Notes: generated from the letters alone by a model not told the origin. Positions 38,796 through 50,886 are shown, numbered from the whole stretch's first letter. The stretch is DNA of 63,777 nucleotides, filler included, from Rhizaria sp. SCN 62-66 (GCA_001724265.1; 3 parts of 3 records of this genome joined end to end with filler, not necessarily neighbours in it), one strand, 5' to 3'. A program made the numbers and translations.

Positions 38796-39857
38796 ACACT
38801 CCAGCCACCGCCAAAACAACAATAACAACAACAAACAAGAACATAAACACAACAACAAGCACGCAAACCAACATGCATGCACATGTGAGACGATGCGTTG
38901 CTTGCGAAAACACAGCAACAGCGGTGAAACCACCAACAGTGAAGCAAACGCATTCATTGAAGCGTTGCCATCGTTGTTGCTGATGCTGCTGTTGCTGTGG
39001 TGGTCAATGCTGTGAAGTTATAGTAGCCTGGTGTGATGTGCAATGTGTGCGACTGTGAGTGCCTGTGTGTTATTGTCTAGTGTCACAACAACAACACACA
39101 ACACAGTACAGTAGTTTAGAAGTTGTTCCCAGTCACATGCATTCGTTGCCAATCAGCAACACCGTCCAAGATCAAGACGTGTGTTTACCCCCATAACCGC
39201 TAAGGGCGTAATTATTATTTTGTTTTCCTCCGCACCGACAGCTACTACAACTCTATAGCCACATTGACAACGCTTTTTGCTGTCAATAAGCAATGACGAT
39301 AGCAGCCAAAGACTTTGTTTGAAACACACCAAAACGATAAGAAAAAGTGACATTATTTACACCATAAACGCACAGCTAGCTGGTTTTTTACGCTCGCTGC
39401 TCGTTTTTTACAATACACTAATTAACCTTAAATCTACTAAGTATCACCAGTCCTAGTACTACGTTATAGGCAGTTTAAAGTGACTTGTTTGAATTTGCTC
39501 GAGTTGGCTTGCCTCGCTCGAGCGCGGTGGCAACACCCCCACGATGACTGAAGAGACATTATGTTTAAACCTGGGGAAAGCGTGTCGCGTCTGTTGCGAG
39601 AGAGTCACGCTTGCTGGCGAACACCTCGCTGGCCGAGTCGAGCTCCTTGTTGTGGGCGATAAAGTTGACCAGCGCGTACGCCCGACCGCCCGCCATTCCA
39701 CGACTTTCGCCGTCTGTCGCTGCAATGACGTCAAAACGGGGACTGACTTTCAAGCCGCATACGTCTGCATATCAACTGTCAATATCGATTTATTTAGTCT
39801 AAATTGTATTTATGATATATAATATTGATGTCTGGTTAATAATAGTGTCTGAAAAAC

Positions 39858-41790
39858 ATGCTTTGCATCTCTACTGCCCGCCTTCTCGCAGGTCCCCCCA
39901 GCCCGCCGATGCTCCAGTCGCGCCCGCGGCTCCGCGCCTTTTCTCGCGCCCTGCTCGCTATCGAGCGCTCTCTCGTCACATCCGCGACTCCACTCGACTG
40001 TCCCCCGGGCGCTTGCGGGCTCTACACTCCTTCGCAGCGTCTTTTGTCCCCCAACAAACTCGCGCTGGCGCCGATGACGCGTAACCGCGCAGATCCCTTG
40101 ACCGGCGTACCTGACGAGGCCACTGCACAGTACTACGCACAACGCGCCGGGGCCGGGCTGCTTTTCACGGAGAGCATCCAGCCCTCGGCCGAGGGACAGG
40201 GGTACGCGCGCACGCCGGGGCTGTACACGTCCGAGCATGCGCAAGCTTGGGCAAGGGTGAATGCCGCTGTCGCCACTTCTGCAGCGGCAGCAGCTCATGC
40301 TAACTATCTCCTCAACAGCAACAACAGTCGCAACGAGACTGATATTTTCTTTACGCAGCAACAAGAGCAAGAGCAGCGTGAGGCTGAGGCTCAAGAGGAG
40401 GCTGCTGCTGCCCCGTCTTTATCCAGCCTCCTTAAATCACTCTCTAGCAACAACAAGAACAACAACAGCAACTTGAACGACGCGACCGCTGCGTCGTCGA
40501 ATGCCTCCCATAGTGTTCCCCCGCCTGCGGTGATCGCGCAGCTCATGCACTGTGGCCGCGCGGCCCACAGTCGCAACCGCCCCACGGTCGGCGCGCCCCC
40601 CGTCGCCCCCTCGGCCATCGCGCTGCCGTGCACCGGCCGCGGCGGAGGGATCTGGACCGACGCGGCCGGCCTGCAGCCCTGCGACGCGCCCCGCGCGCTC
40701 GAGACCGGTGAGGTGCCACAAATCGCAGAGGAGTTCTACAACGGTACGGCAGAAGAAGCATGAATACGTAAAGCAAGAAAACGTAGCTTTCTCTAGCATC
40801 TAGTTCAAAAACGTGATTTCTCAACATAACCTTCACTCCAAGGCCCCGATCATTTGTTGGAGGGTTTTAACCCACTTCATGAATCTGTTTTTTTTTATAT
40901 GTCTGTCTTCTTTTGCGCCGATCTATAGCTGCATATCTTGCGGTAACGAAGGCTGGTTTCGCCGGTGTGGAGCTCCATGCGGGCTCTGGCTACCTCATCC
41001 ACCAGTTCTTGTCCATTTCTGCGAACCGTCGCATCGACAAGTACGGCAGTGGGACGCTGCAGGACCGCGTGCGCGTGCCGCTTCAAGTTCTTGAAGCGAT
41101 CAAAGCCGCGCTTGATGACGCCTCGAAACTCGCACTCAAGCAACAACAGCAGCAGTTACAGCAGCAGCATCAACAGCAGCAGCAGCAGTTGCAGCTGCAG
41201 GGCGCTAGTACCAGCTCTACTGCCAATAGCTCTGCGTTTATGCCTCACACCAGCACTCTCACCAGCGTTAATAGCACTAGCAGTTCATCTCACAACAACT
41301 CTCATACTGCGACGGCTTCTGCTGCTGCTGCTGCTGCTGTTGGTGGTAGTTCATTTTCCCGGTCAAAGTTCCTTGTTTCGCTGCGCATTTCCCCCGGCAA
41401 CCCGTTTAACGCGATCGACGAAGGCCCCGGGGACGAGCCTGCCCGTCTCTACTCTCTCCTGCTCTCAGAAGCGGCGCGGCTAGGCGTGGACATTGTCAAC
41501 ACTCACCCCCATGGCAGTTTCCCCATGGCCGCTGTGTGGCGAGAAGCTTTTGCTCTCACGAATCACAACGACCTCAGTAGCCACAGCCACAATCATGGCG
41601 CGATGGGGACAGGCGGGTTTAAAGTTAAGCCGCCCGCGCTTGTCGTTGCTGGCGGTGTCCGGACGGCGGCGGCTGCCACTGCGCTGCTTAAGCCGTGGTT
41701 GCGCCGTCCTCTGCCTCTGATCAAGCCTGCTTTCGCCCTCAATAGCAAGAGCAATAGCAACGCGGTGAACACGGGTAGAAACGCCGCTCA

Positions 41791-41826
<36 letters not shown>

Positions 41827-42265
41827 GTTTGGTTTGCTGTCACAGGAGACGGCTGATATGGCGGCTGCTGCTGAGGCTGAGGCCGAGGCCTTATACCGAT
41901 TCCACGAAGACTTCAACAGCAACGACTTGATGGCTGAGAGTGTGGCGTTCGATAGCAACGCTGCGAGCTCGTTCTACGGCATGAACAACAACAACCGTTA
42001 TAGCAGCGCTAGTGCGAGCGAGCTTGCGCTTGCTGAAGCGTACTGGATGACACAGTCGCTCGCAAGCTGCCCGCAGCCGACACGTGACTTAGCCGGCATG
42101 TGCGATGCTGTGGGCTTTGGACTGCCGTATATCGCCAATCCGGACCTCGGTGAACGGCTGTACCGCGGTTTCCCGCTCGCGGAGGCTGATAGGAAGACGT
42201 TTTGCTCGGCGGGAAGCAAGGGGTATACTGACTACCCAGTGTACGCTGAGAAGCAACAAAACTAA
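39858..42265 (+). CDS. Old Yellow Enzyme family NADH:flavin oxidoreductase (alkene reductase) with low-complexity insertions
   Basis: Exons 39858-40743 and 40929-42265 (start uncertain). LAPMTRNRA, YYAQRAGAGLLFTE, GQGYARTPGLY, QLMHCGR, PRALETGEV, AGFAGVELHAGSGYLIHQFL...NRRIDKYG, LRISPG, IANPDL, KGYTDYP. Stop TAA. Confidence 0.93.
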
Positions 42266-42726
42266 CTGAACGATTACGCGGGAGATACGTCAATGATTTG
42301 AATTGACGACGCGCGTTTCGTGTATTAATTAGCGCTAAATTATTCATATTTATTCGGATTGTACTCTTATTAACTCTGTCTTTGATACATTCTTGTTCGT
42401 CGACAGTTTAAACTACCATTGATTTGCGATACAAGGCATATTGTTAAACTCGGAGCGCGTGCGTTAGAAATAAATAAAATGTATGCTTTCAAACATCCCT
42501 CAGGCCCGTTGTACAAAGAGCAAATATGGCTCAAAAAGTTGGTAATTGTCATAAACTTTAATTATCAAAGCAATGCAAGCCAACAGAAAGCAGCTTTTAA
42601 TTGTTTTTACGGTATAAAATAGTGGCAATAGTGGTAGCGCCGTAGTGGTGTTGTGCCAATAGATCTTATTATGAGCGATAGATGCGCCTATACCTGCGAA
42701 TATCTGCGCAAATGTGCGTTGTTGAA

Positions 42727-43603
42727 TCAACCGCGGCGGATCTTGTTGATGCCGGCGATATACGGCTTGGACAGATTATCACCATATGCGCCCACCACTC
42801 CTGTCGCACTCGCGCTCGCGCCAGCGCCAGTGCCGGGGCCGGTGCCAGTGTCGGCTGAGGTTGGTGGGGTTAGGATGACGCCGGGTGGCACTTGCGCTGT
42901 TTGGATATATCACAACGCAAAGAGAACGAGAATAGAGAGTCAGGAAGTGAAATACATGTAGATTTGTCGATTTAATTGAAGAGTGACATATTTAGCACTC
43001 GAAAAAACAACTATTTTTGTGATGCAATCGGCCCAAAAGGATCAATCTGACGATAAAAACAGCTTCGAAGTTGCTCCAACATGAGAGTAGAGTGAAAGCA
43101 AGACATTGATTGGGGTATACTGCGCTACGTTGATGTTAATTAAGTTTTAGCGTACGCTTGGCGAACCCGAGGTCGTTGAGGTCCTCCTTCATCATGAGGC
43201 CCTTGTCCATGCGGCACTGGAGGTAGTTCTTTGCCAAGTGGTGGCAGTGGGCCGACTCGTTGTTGTGCGACGAGAGACACGCCTTGTAGAGGTCTACGTG
43301 TTCCTGGCACTCAAGGAAGTGGTCCAGGGGGAAGCTGCCCTGTGACGGGGAGAACGGCAGACAAGAGATCGGATAGACAGCGAACGAGAAGGGGTTTGTG
43401 GCCAACCACAAAGAACGAAAGATGCATGGTGCAAGGAGTGAGACGGAGGATTTGAAGATATAGATCAACGCAGAATAAGACAATACCGATATACAATATG
43501 TAATACGAGTATTTGTAGTTATGACATGGTGGATTTCTTTCGAATGTACCTTCTCAGGAGGCGAGATGACGAGACGTTGCGCGTAACCACCAGGGGAGCC
43601 CAT
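42727..43603 (-). CDS. COX19: Cytochrome c oxidase assembly protein COX19 (twin CX9C)
   Basis: Exons 43603-43550, 43339-43156, 42896-42727 (135 aa). PPEK|GSFPLDHFLECQEHVDLYKACL...CHHLAKNYLQCRMDKGLM..EDLNDLGF. The third exon is inferred from a GTACGC donor and an in-phase CAG acceptor. Stop TGA. Confidence 0.92.
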
Positions 43604-44218
43604 CGTGACAGCACGTGCTATTAACAACGCGGGAAAACAAGCAAGACGACAGCATGAGAAATCATGAATTTGAGGAAGTGTAGAAAGTAATAGGTCAGTA
43701 TGACTAGAAAAAGTCCCAGAGCTGTTTGCGGACGGGTGAGTTCACAATCGATGATGCATTTTGATACAATCGGGGCGTGACCGTGGGCTCCTGCTGCTTG
43801 GCCGACGAAGCGACGCGTTCCGACCACAAACTTCACACCTCAAGAAAACCATATTCCTAACGACAAATCAGAATAGCGATACCACTGAGGAGTTATCCCT
43901 GTCGTAAGTTAATCAGGATTTTTCTCATTTTTTTCCTACTCCCCTTCTTCCTGACTATTCAGCCCTTTCCACCACCACCTTGCGCCAGCCACAGCGCCGC
44001 GTCCCTGCTCTTGCTCTCGGCTTGCTACAGGCTGTCTTTGCAACGAGCCACCGGCACAACGCGTTAACTACCGCTAATTCAGCGCTATATCTACCCTCTT
44101 GCCGCAGTTAATCGTTCTTTCACGCACACTTGCGCTCGCTCAGCGCCAGCAAACACCAGCCTAACTCAGCTCCGCCGCAAACGCCCACTCTGCTGTTGCG
44201 TTATCCCACCGCACAACC

Positions 44219-45487
44219 ATGAAGCGTAAGGTTCTTCTCATGGGCAAGGCCGGTTCCGGCAAGACGTCCATGCGTTCTATTATCTTCGCCAACTACCCTC
44301 CGCGCGACACGATGCGTCTGGGCCCCACATACGGTTTCGAGAACACCGACGTCAAGTTCCTCGGCTCCCTCGGTACGGCAACTTTGCACCGCCTATATCA
44401 TTCCTCGCTCCTATATAACTTTAATGTGCCATGTATTGTAACTGTATTGACGTGTGTTATTTGTTCCATCTTAATTCTCACTCATCTCACTCTTCTGTCT
44501 CCTCTTTTGTACTCTTGACCAAACACAACTCCACTTACGCCATTTTTTGCCGTGTTTTGCTAACGCTCTCTAGTGCTGAACCTGTGGGACTGCGGCGCGC
44601 AAGACGCGTTCATGGAAAACTACTTCGAGTCCCAGCGTGATCAAATCTTCCGCAACGTCGAGGTCCTCATCTACGTGTTCGACGTCGAGAGCCAAGACCA
44701 CGCCAAGGACATGGCCACCTTCCTCCGCTGCCTGTCTGCGATCGAGGAAAACAGCAAGGACGCGCGCGTCTTCTGTCTTATCCACAAGATGGACCTCATC
44801 CCCACGGACCAGGGCCGCCAGGAAGCGTTCCAGCAGCGCGCGCACCAGCTCACGAGCCATGCCAACGTCGTCCAGATCACGTGTTTCGGCACGTCGATCT
44901 GGGACGAGACGCTGTACAAGGCGTGGTCCGCCGTCGTGTACTCGCTCGTGCCCAACGTCGAGCGGCTAAGGGGGTACTTACAGAACCTCTGCGTGCTGTG
45001 CCAGGCGGACGAGGTCGTGCTGTTTGAGACGGCGACGTTCCTCGTCATCGCCAGCGCGGACAACCCGGAGCTTGCGCAGCTGCTGCTCGCCAACAAGAGC
45101 AAAAGCGCGAACAGCGGCAGCAACGGCGCCAACGGCGCCAACAGCGGCGCGGGCGCTGACGGCAGCAACGGCGGGGGTGCCAACGGCGACGGGGCTCTGG
45201 TGGGCTCCGAAGTTAGGCCGCCTGCCGATGCCCACCGGTACGAAAAGATGAGTAATATTATCAAGCAGTTCAAGCTGTCGTGCGCCAAGACACAGTCGTC
45301 GTTCCAGTCACTCGAGGTCGCGAGTTCCAAGGTGACGGTGATCATGGAGAAGTTCACGGCCAACACGTGCATCATGGTTGTGGTGAGTCATAATGATGGG
45401 ACGGGGAGGGAGCGCGTGCAGTCGGCAGGCATCCGGCTTAACTTGCTGACGGCGCGCGCACTCTTTGAGAAGTTCGTCAATGCGTAA
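44219..45487 (+). CDS. RRAGA: Ras-related GTP-binding protein A/B (Gtr1/RagA)
   Basis: Exons 44219-44372 and 44574-45487 (355 aa). [88 protein letters not shown]. Stop TAA. Confidence 0.96.
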
Positions 45488-45841
45488 ATAACAGCAACAA
45501 CAACAATAACAACAACAATCACCATAACAACAAGAAATTAGGCCGCATTGGCGTCGTTTTCAAGGACAGTGACCTGAATATGGCTGTGTATGGGCTGTAT
45601 CTATGTGTGTACGCAGTAGTTAGAAAAAGTATGATTGACTCAAAGACTAAGGCTCCACGAGAAGCGATTTATAAAGATACAAAGACTGTTTTATGAAACA
45701 AGCATTCATGTATTCACTCATAACATGTGACAATGAGACTGCTCTTGTGTATACGTCACACGGCCATCGCGCGACATGATTAGACATCGACGCTCTGAAC
45801 ATGCTGCAAGTATCCTTAGCTACGTCCTCTTGTTTCGACGC

Positions 45842-46431
45842 TCAGTTGTTGGGGTACAGGTGAGGGTTCAACCGCTTCGCCTCAGCGTCCGCCTCGGCCT
45901 TGTCCTTATGCATCTTGAGACACAGCTGCAGCAGCGGCTCCGTGAGCTGGCCCTTCTTGTGCGCCGTCGCGAGCTGTGCCGGGGTCGCAAGCACGATCAC
46001 TGAGCCGTCGAAGGTGAAGATGTTGGTGAAGTCTTCGGAAGTGAGCGCGCTTTTGAGGTTGCCATACATGTTGGTGTAGCCGCGCTCGGGGCAAACGCGG
46101 GGCAGCGCCTGCATTTCCTCGGAGACGTCCTTCATCGACATCCGCAGTCTGTGTGGCGTGCCGCAAAGGAGAAACGATGTAGACGAAATGGAAGAAACAC
46201 ACACAGGAAGTGCAAAGAAGAGGGAGAAGGTGAGCGCTCGAAGCACGAGGGAGGAAAGGAGGAAGAAAGCGTCAAAAACGGAGACATTGGCATTAGTGGG
46301 AGTGGTGGCGTGTTGACAACGTACAAGCGCGTGCCGCGAGTGGAGAAGACCTTGATGACGAAGGCGGTGAAGGCAGCCTTGTCGCTGGCAGAGCCGTGCA
46401 CTTCAGGTTTGTCAAAGCGAGTGGAGCTCAT
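45842..46431 (-). CDS. Hypothetical protein (137 aa)
   Basis: Exons 46431-46325 and 46148-45842 splice in frame (GTACGT...ACACAG). Strong GC3 codon bias. Stop TGA. Confidence 0.75.
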
Positions 46432-47283
46432 GTTGGTCCTGGTCTAGGTCTCTGCAGAGTTACACTTGGCAGGAGTTGGATCGATATTGTTATGAACAAC
46501 AAGATCTAGCAAGGCACGCGTAAACAGTATGTACAAGTGGAAAAAAGGTGGATTGAACTCTATGGACAAAATGAAAGTGGAGAGATGTGAGTAAAAATGA
46601 AGTATTGAGTTTGAATTGCCAAGAGTGAAGATGCAGCTGAAGTCGGCAGTCCACCCACAAGTCCATGAGGCTCTAAGACCGATGCAGAATGCAGTTCAAA
46701 TACATGAGCTCGTGACTTGTATCATATTAACGTGGCAGCACGATTGACGATATGATTTGCGTAATCTATCCTGTTTACGACTGCTCTTTAGAGTAGCCGT
46801 TTCAGTTTCAAACTTATTAATACAGTAAGCTTACTATTTTCTTCCTATACCTCAACACATACATAATAAACGTGTGGCGTTGCATATTAATAGAAGAGAT
46901 ACATCTCCATCATCCAAAGCGGCTGTTCCACGTTTGTAATCTAGAAAGCGCGCAATATTTGTTTGGGTTTTTTTTCAGATTTGTCATGTCAGCAAATGCG
47001 TAAATCATAGTGTACTTAGGTACCTGCGCGGCGCCGTGGCGTCGGCCGCGTGATGTCGTGCGTGGAGGGCATTATGCCTGCAACGCACGGCAGCGGGAAC
47101 AAGCCGTTCGATGCGACGGTGCTGCAGGAGCTCGATAAGATGTGCGTATTAGGACGGAAGTGCAAGTTAACCCCCGACGGTGAAGAGGAAAGGATGGTAT
47201 GACGGTGAAGTACGACAAACTCATGCCCCAGGGAATGAGGGAGTGAAACACGAGCGGTATTCTTCTTGCTTGCCAGCCAAGCG

Positions 47284-47383
47284 NNNNNNNNNNNNNNNNN
47301 NNNNNNNNNNNNNNNNNNNNNNNNNNNTTAATTAATTAANNNNNNNNNNNNNNNNNNNNNNNNNNNNNNNNNNNNNNNNNNNN
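47284..47383. other. Artificial contig spacer (N44-TTAATTAATTAA-N44)
   Basis: Same 100-nt structure as 23597-23696. Confidence 0.97.
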
Positions 47384-48144
47384 AAGACTGCCCGCCGTAA
47401 GCCGCTGATCGTGTTCTCGCCCAAGTCTCTCCTGCGCTTCAAGGGCGCCTCCGCGACCTACGACGAGCTCGCCCCCGGCACCGCGTTCCGCCCCGTCATC
47501 GGCGACGCCACCATCACTGACCCCGCCGCCGTCAAGCGCCACATCATGTGCTCCGGCAAGGTGTACTTCGACATCGTCGACGCGCTCGAGAAGGCCGGCG
47601 TCCGCAACAAGGTACGCTTTTCACCAATCATCTCATATCACATCATATCACATCATATCATTCCAATTTCGCAAATCACGAGTTTGGAGGAAATCATTGT
47701 GAACTTTTCGGGTGGTTGTAGCTGACTAAGATATCAACATGTCATCTCGTTTTACACCCTAAACCATTATATTTTATTCACACCACACTTTACTCTTATC
47801 TTGTGCTCTATATCCCGCTTTTTGTCGTGCTTAATGTCTTAATCTTGTAGGTCGCTGTCACTCGCGTGGAGCAGATCGCGCCCTTCCCCAGCCGTGCGGT
47901 GCAGGCCGAGGACGCGCGCTACCCCAACGCCGTCGACACGGTCTGGGCGCAGGAGGAGCACATGAACATGGGCCCCTACACCTACGCCGGCCCCCGTGCC
48001 GAGACGGCCACCAAGGTCAACCGCGGCGACAACCACCGCGTCAAGTACGTCGGCCGCCCCCCCGCCGCCGCCGCCGCCACCGGCTCCGGCAAGGTCCATG
48101 CGCAGGAGCTGGAGAACTTCCTCGCCGAGCTCACCACGCTCTAA
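47384..48144 (+). CDS. 2-oxoglutarate (or 2-oxoadipate) dehydrogenase E1 component, C-terminal fragment (5'-truncated by contig edge)
   Basis: Exons <47384-47611 and 47851-48144. RKPLIVFSPKSLLR, CSGKVYFD, RVEQIAPFP, WAQEEHMNMG, YVGRPPAAAAATG...H..E. OGDH versus DHTKD1 cannot be resolved from this fragment. Stop TAA. Confidence 0.92.
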
Positions 48145-48153
48145 GTAGCTCCG

Positions 48154-48175
48154 CGTCTAAGGGGGTACTTAGACG
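48154..48175. repeat. Hairpin motif CGTCTAAG-GGGGTA-CTTAGACG (best copy of a dispersed motif family)
   Basis: Perfect 8-bp inverted repeat starting 10 nt after the E1 stop codon. Related copies at 29295, 32198, 33198, 33984, 35882, 44966 and 54808. Confidence 0.8.
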
Positions 48176-49775
48176 GTGCCTCAGTGTGATGCTACTCGTC
48201 TTCTTCGAAGCTAAGTGCTGCACGGTCGCCGTGCGTGTGCTAAGTCAAGCAGTACTTAGTGAGTCGCGGGTGGCGTTGCTGCTGTGGTTGCTTTGCTTAA
48301 GAGCGAATGAGTGGCCCCGGCATGTAAGTAGGACATACCACTCTCTCTTTATTTCTTTGTTCTTTGTTTCGCGACAGCAAAGGAAAGACGGTGAGGGGAA
48401 CACTGCTTAGATGCTTTATTCTATTGAAAGTGCGTCGTTCAATCAAGCCATTTCTTATTTTTTAAGTCCTCTTTTGCCTCGATAAGGAAGACTTTGTGAA
48501 AAGGAGCAAATGCTTGGTTGAAACAGCGTGCTTTGTTTGTGTTGGTTGTTTTTCGTGTTAGTCGTTAAGTCGTACGTTGAAGTTGGTTTTAAGTCGCTTT
48601 TTTAGTTGAACTAGAACTAACGTATTATATTATAGTCGACAACGGCAACTATTGCAATTCGACAACCTAATATCGCCGATAGTCGCGGCACTTAGTGCTG
48701 CTACGGTCGCTCTTGGATGTTGCTTTTGTCTTCGTTGCTGGTTGTTCGCCAAGGTCAAAGTTCAATCCATGATAATAATAATGATAATCATTCCTGTAGT
48801 CTCTGTTTTTTCTCTATCTGTGTTTTCTCTTTGTTCGCATGTTTCTTTTTTCTCTCTCGTGATCTCTCGTAAGCTCGAGTGGTGGTGTTTAGTCGATCAT
48901 GGTGTGGTCGCAGTGTTGCTGTGCTGCTGTCTCTCGTTGCTGCTGTTGTTGGCGGGCGCTGACTCTCGCATTCTCACGCGAGTCAGGGTTGTGCTTGTGT
49001 GTTGTGAGGTTGTTATTGTCTTTTACAGAGCTCACCTCGCTCTCTCGCGCTGTTGTTTGTTCCCCAAAACGAATGAATGGTGCGATTGACTGAGTCGTGC
49101 GCTTTGTGTGGTATTCTTACGTTATTTATTGATCGCCTCAACACTCATTCCCAAAAGCAAAAGCAACGATTACATGGGCAGCGAGTTGCGTTCATTCCAC
49201 GCTATGCACCCTCCAGACAACCCGCCGCATACTCCAGCTGCTTTTGCAGTTGCCGCTGTGACAGCACCAGAAAGCTCGTTGGAAGAGAGAGAGAACAAGT
49301 TGAGTGAGGACAAAGGGGAGAGCCGGAAAAGTCAGTGGAGCAAGATTACGTTCGTTTGCAGAGAGATATAGGCTGTGGAGACAGACTATTATCATAAATA
49401 AAATTTTATTTGTACACTGTATTCACATATGCATCCTTCGAAAGCTAGAAAGTTAAGCTATGAGGTAGACGTTGGTTGTGTGCGATTCAAACAGCAGGAC
49501 ATGATTGACCCGAGTCCAAGGGGAGTGACATAAGCATATACAAGCTATTTATATGTATTCGTGCTGATTCTGTCGATGCGTAGTTGTCCTCACAATGGCC
49601 ATCTTGATCTAAATATGTCCGAATTATTCCGTATTTACTTAAACACGGTGATGATAACTGCAGACCCAGGAAGGCACTACTTATCACCATGTTTTAATCA
49701 CATTGACACAGCTAGTTTAATTTACTTATGCACTATCTTAGCGGTTATACTCGCGCTGTCAAGGCGTGTCGGGGC

Positions 49776-50886
49776 TCAGTCGAACTTGTAGCGTGTGCCG
49801 CCGCCGGCGACGAACGACGAGGAGGCTTGCATGTACATGCCCACAAAGCCCATGAACAGACACTGCACACACAAAAAACAAGAGACATAGTAGCAAAGTA
49901 TACGTGAGATTTAGCACGAGTAAACAACAGAGACAACTGTGATACCATTGTGAGAAAACAGGATTGCAAACCAAGTACACCAAACGCCATCACTTCTGCA
50001 ACAGCGCATGTGCTTTTTGTCACAGTAGTGGCTTTACATAAAGCCGCGCAATTTAGGGACACACACCGCTTGTTTCAGAGTATACATGGATCTATATTTC
50101 GTCGTGTCCATTGTGCGTGCGATTTCTACCCGATTTGCAACGTACCGAGGGTGCGCAAAATGCAATCGCGGCGCCATGCCACGAGTCCGGGTACGTGGTC
50201 GCCGCGAACACGGCCAAAATGGGGCAAAACGTCAGCACCAGAGCAGCGCGCTTCGTCTAAATGGAGAGAAAGGCAGTGGCAGCAGACGACATTGTCGGGA
50301 ATTAGTGTTGGGTTCACAGTCGCAGCGCCGATCGTCGAATCAGAGAACTCGTTAAAGAGATTGGAGTGAGCTGCTGATCGACACTTCAAGCTCATATCGG
50401 CACAAAACGAGAATATAATCAAGAAGCACAAATAATTCAGACGATACAGTCGTTCCAGAAGAAGCAGTTGTTCGCGTTTGGCGTGTGTGCGTACCTGGTC
50501 AGTGAAGGTTCCCTTAGGGTTGGAGACAGTCCAGGGCGTCTCCTCAACGACAGGATTGGAGAGCGCAAAGGAAAACAGCGCAATGGACGCCGCAATCGAA
50601 ATGCCCCAGTGGAGGTAAAATGCGATGAGCGAAGTTGAGGAGAGAATAACGCAGGCCAAGAGGCACTGGAGGGCGACATGCATAGTCCGAGTGCGGTTCC
50701 AAATTGGGTCGAAACGGGCATGCAGGGAGATCGGCTTAACTTCAGACGCTAAGCTCGAGCAAAAGCAGAAACACAGGAATAAAAAGTAAAGGAGGTTGCG
50801 TGAATGTAATAAAGTTTGAGTTCGACATCAATATCTTCGTTGTGGCACTGTAGAGGGGAGCGGAGAGACGTACCGGAACTTAGCAT
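49776..50886 (-). CDS. Small hypothetical membrane protein (~154 aa, about 4 hydrophobic segments)
   Basis: Exons 50886-50874, 50748-50495, 50256-50146, 49862-49776 splice in frame with GTACG donors. Ends GGGTRYKFD-TGA. An additional upstream exon is possible. Confidence 0.65.

Noticed and set aside
39480-39800. GC-richer intergenic patch with faint similarity to the ARM-like family (ALVNFIAH, VFASKRDSL)
   Set aside because: Matches too short to distinguish from chance by eye.
47020-47202. Exon-like 60-codon stretch (VPARRRGVGRVMSC...ERMV)
   Set aside because: No recognisable homology and no upstream exon found; could be a relic.
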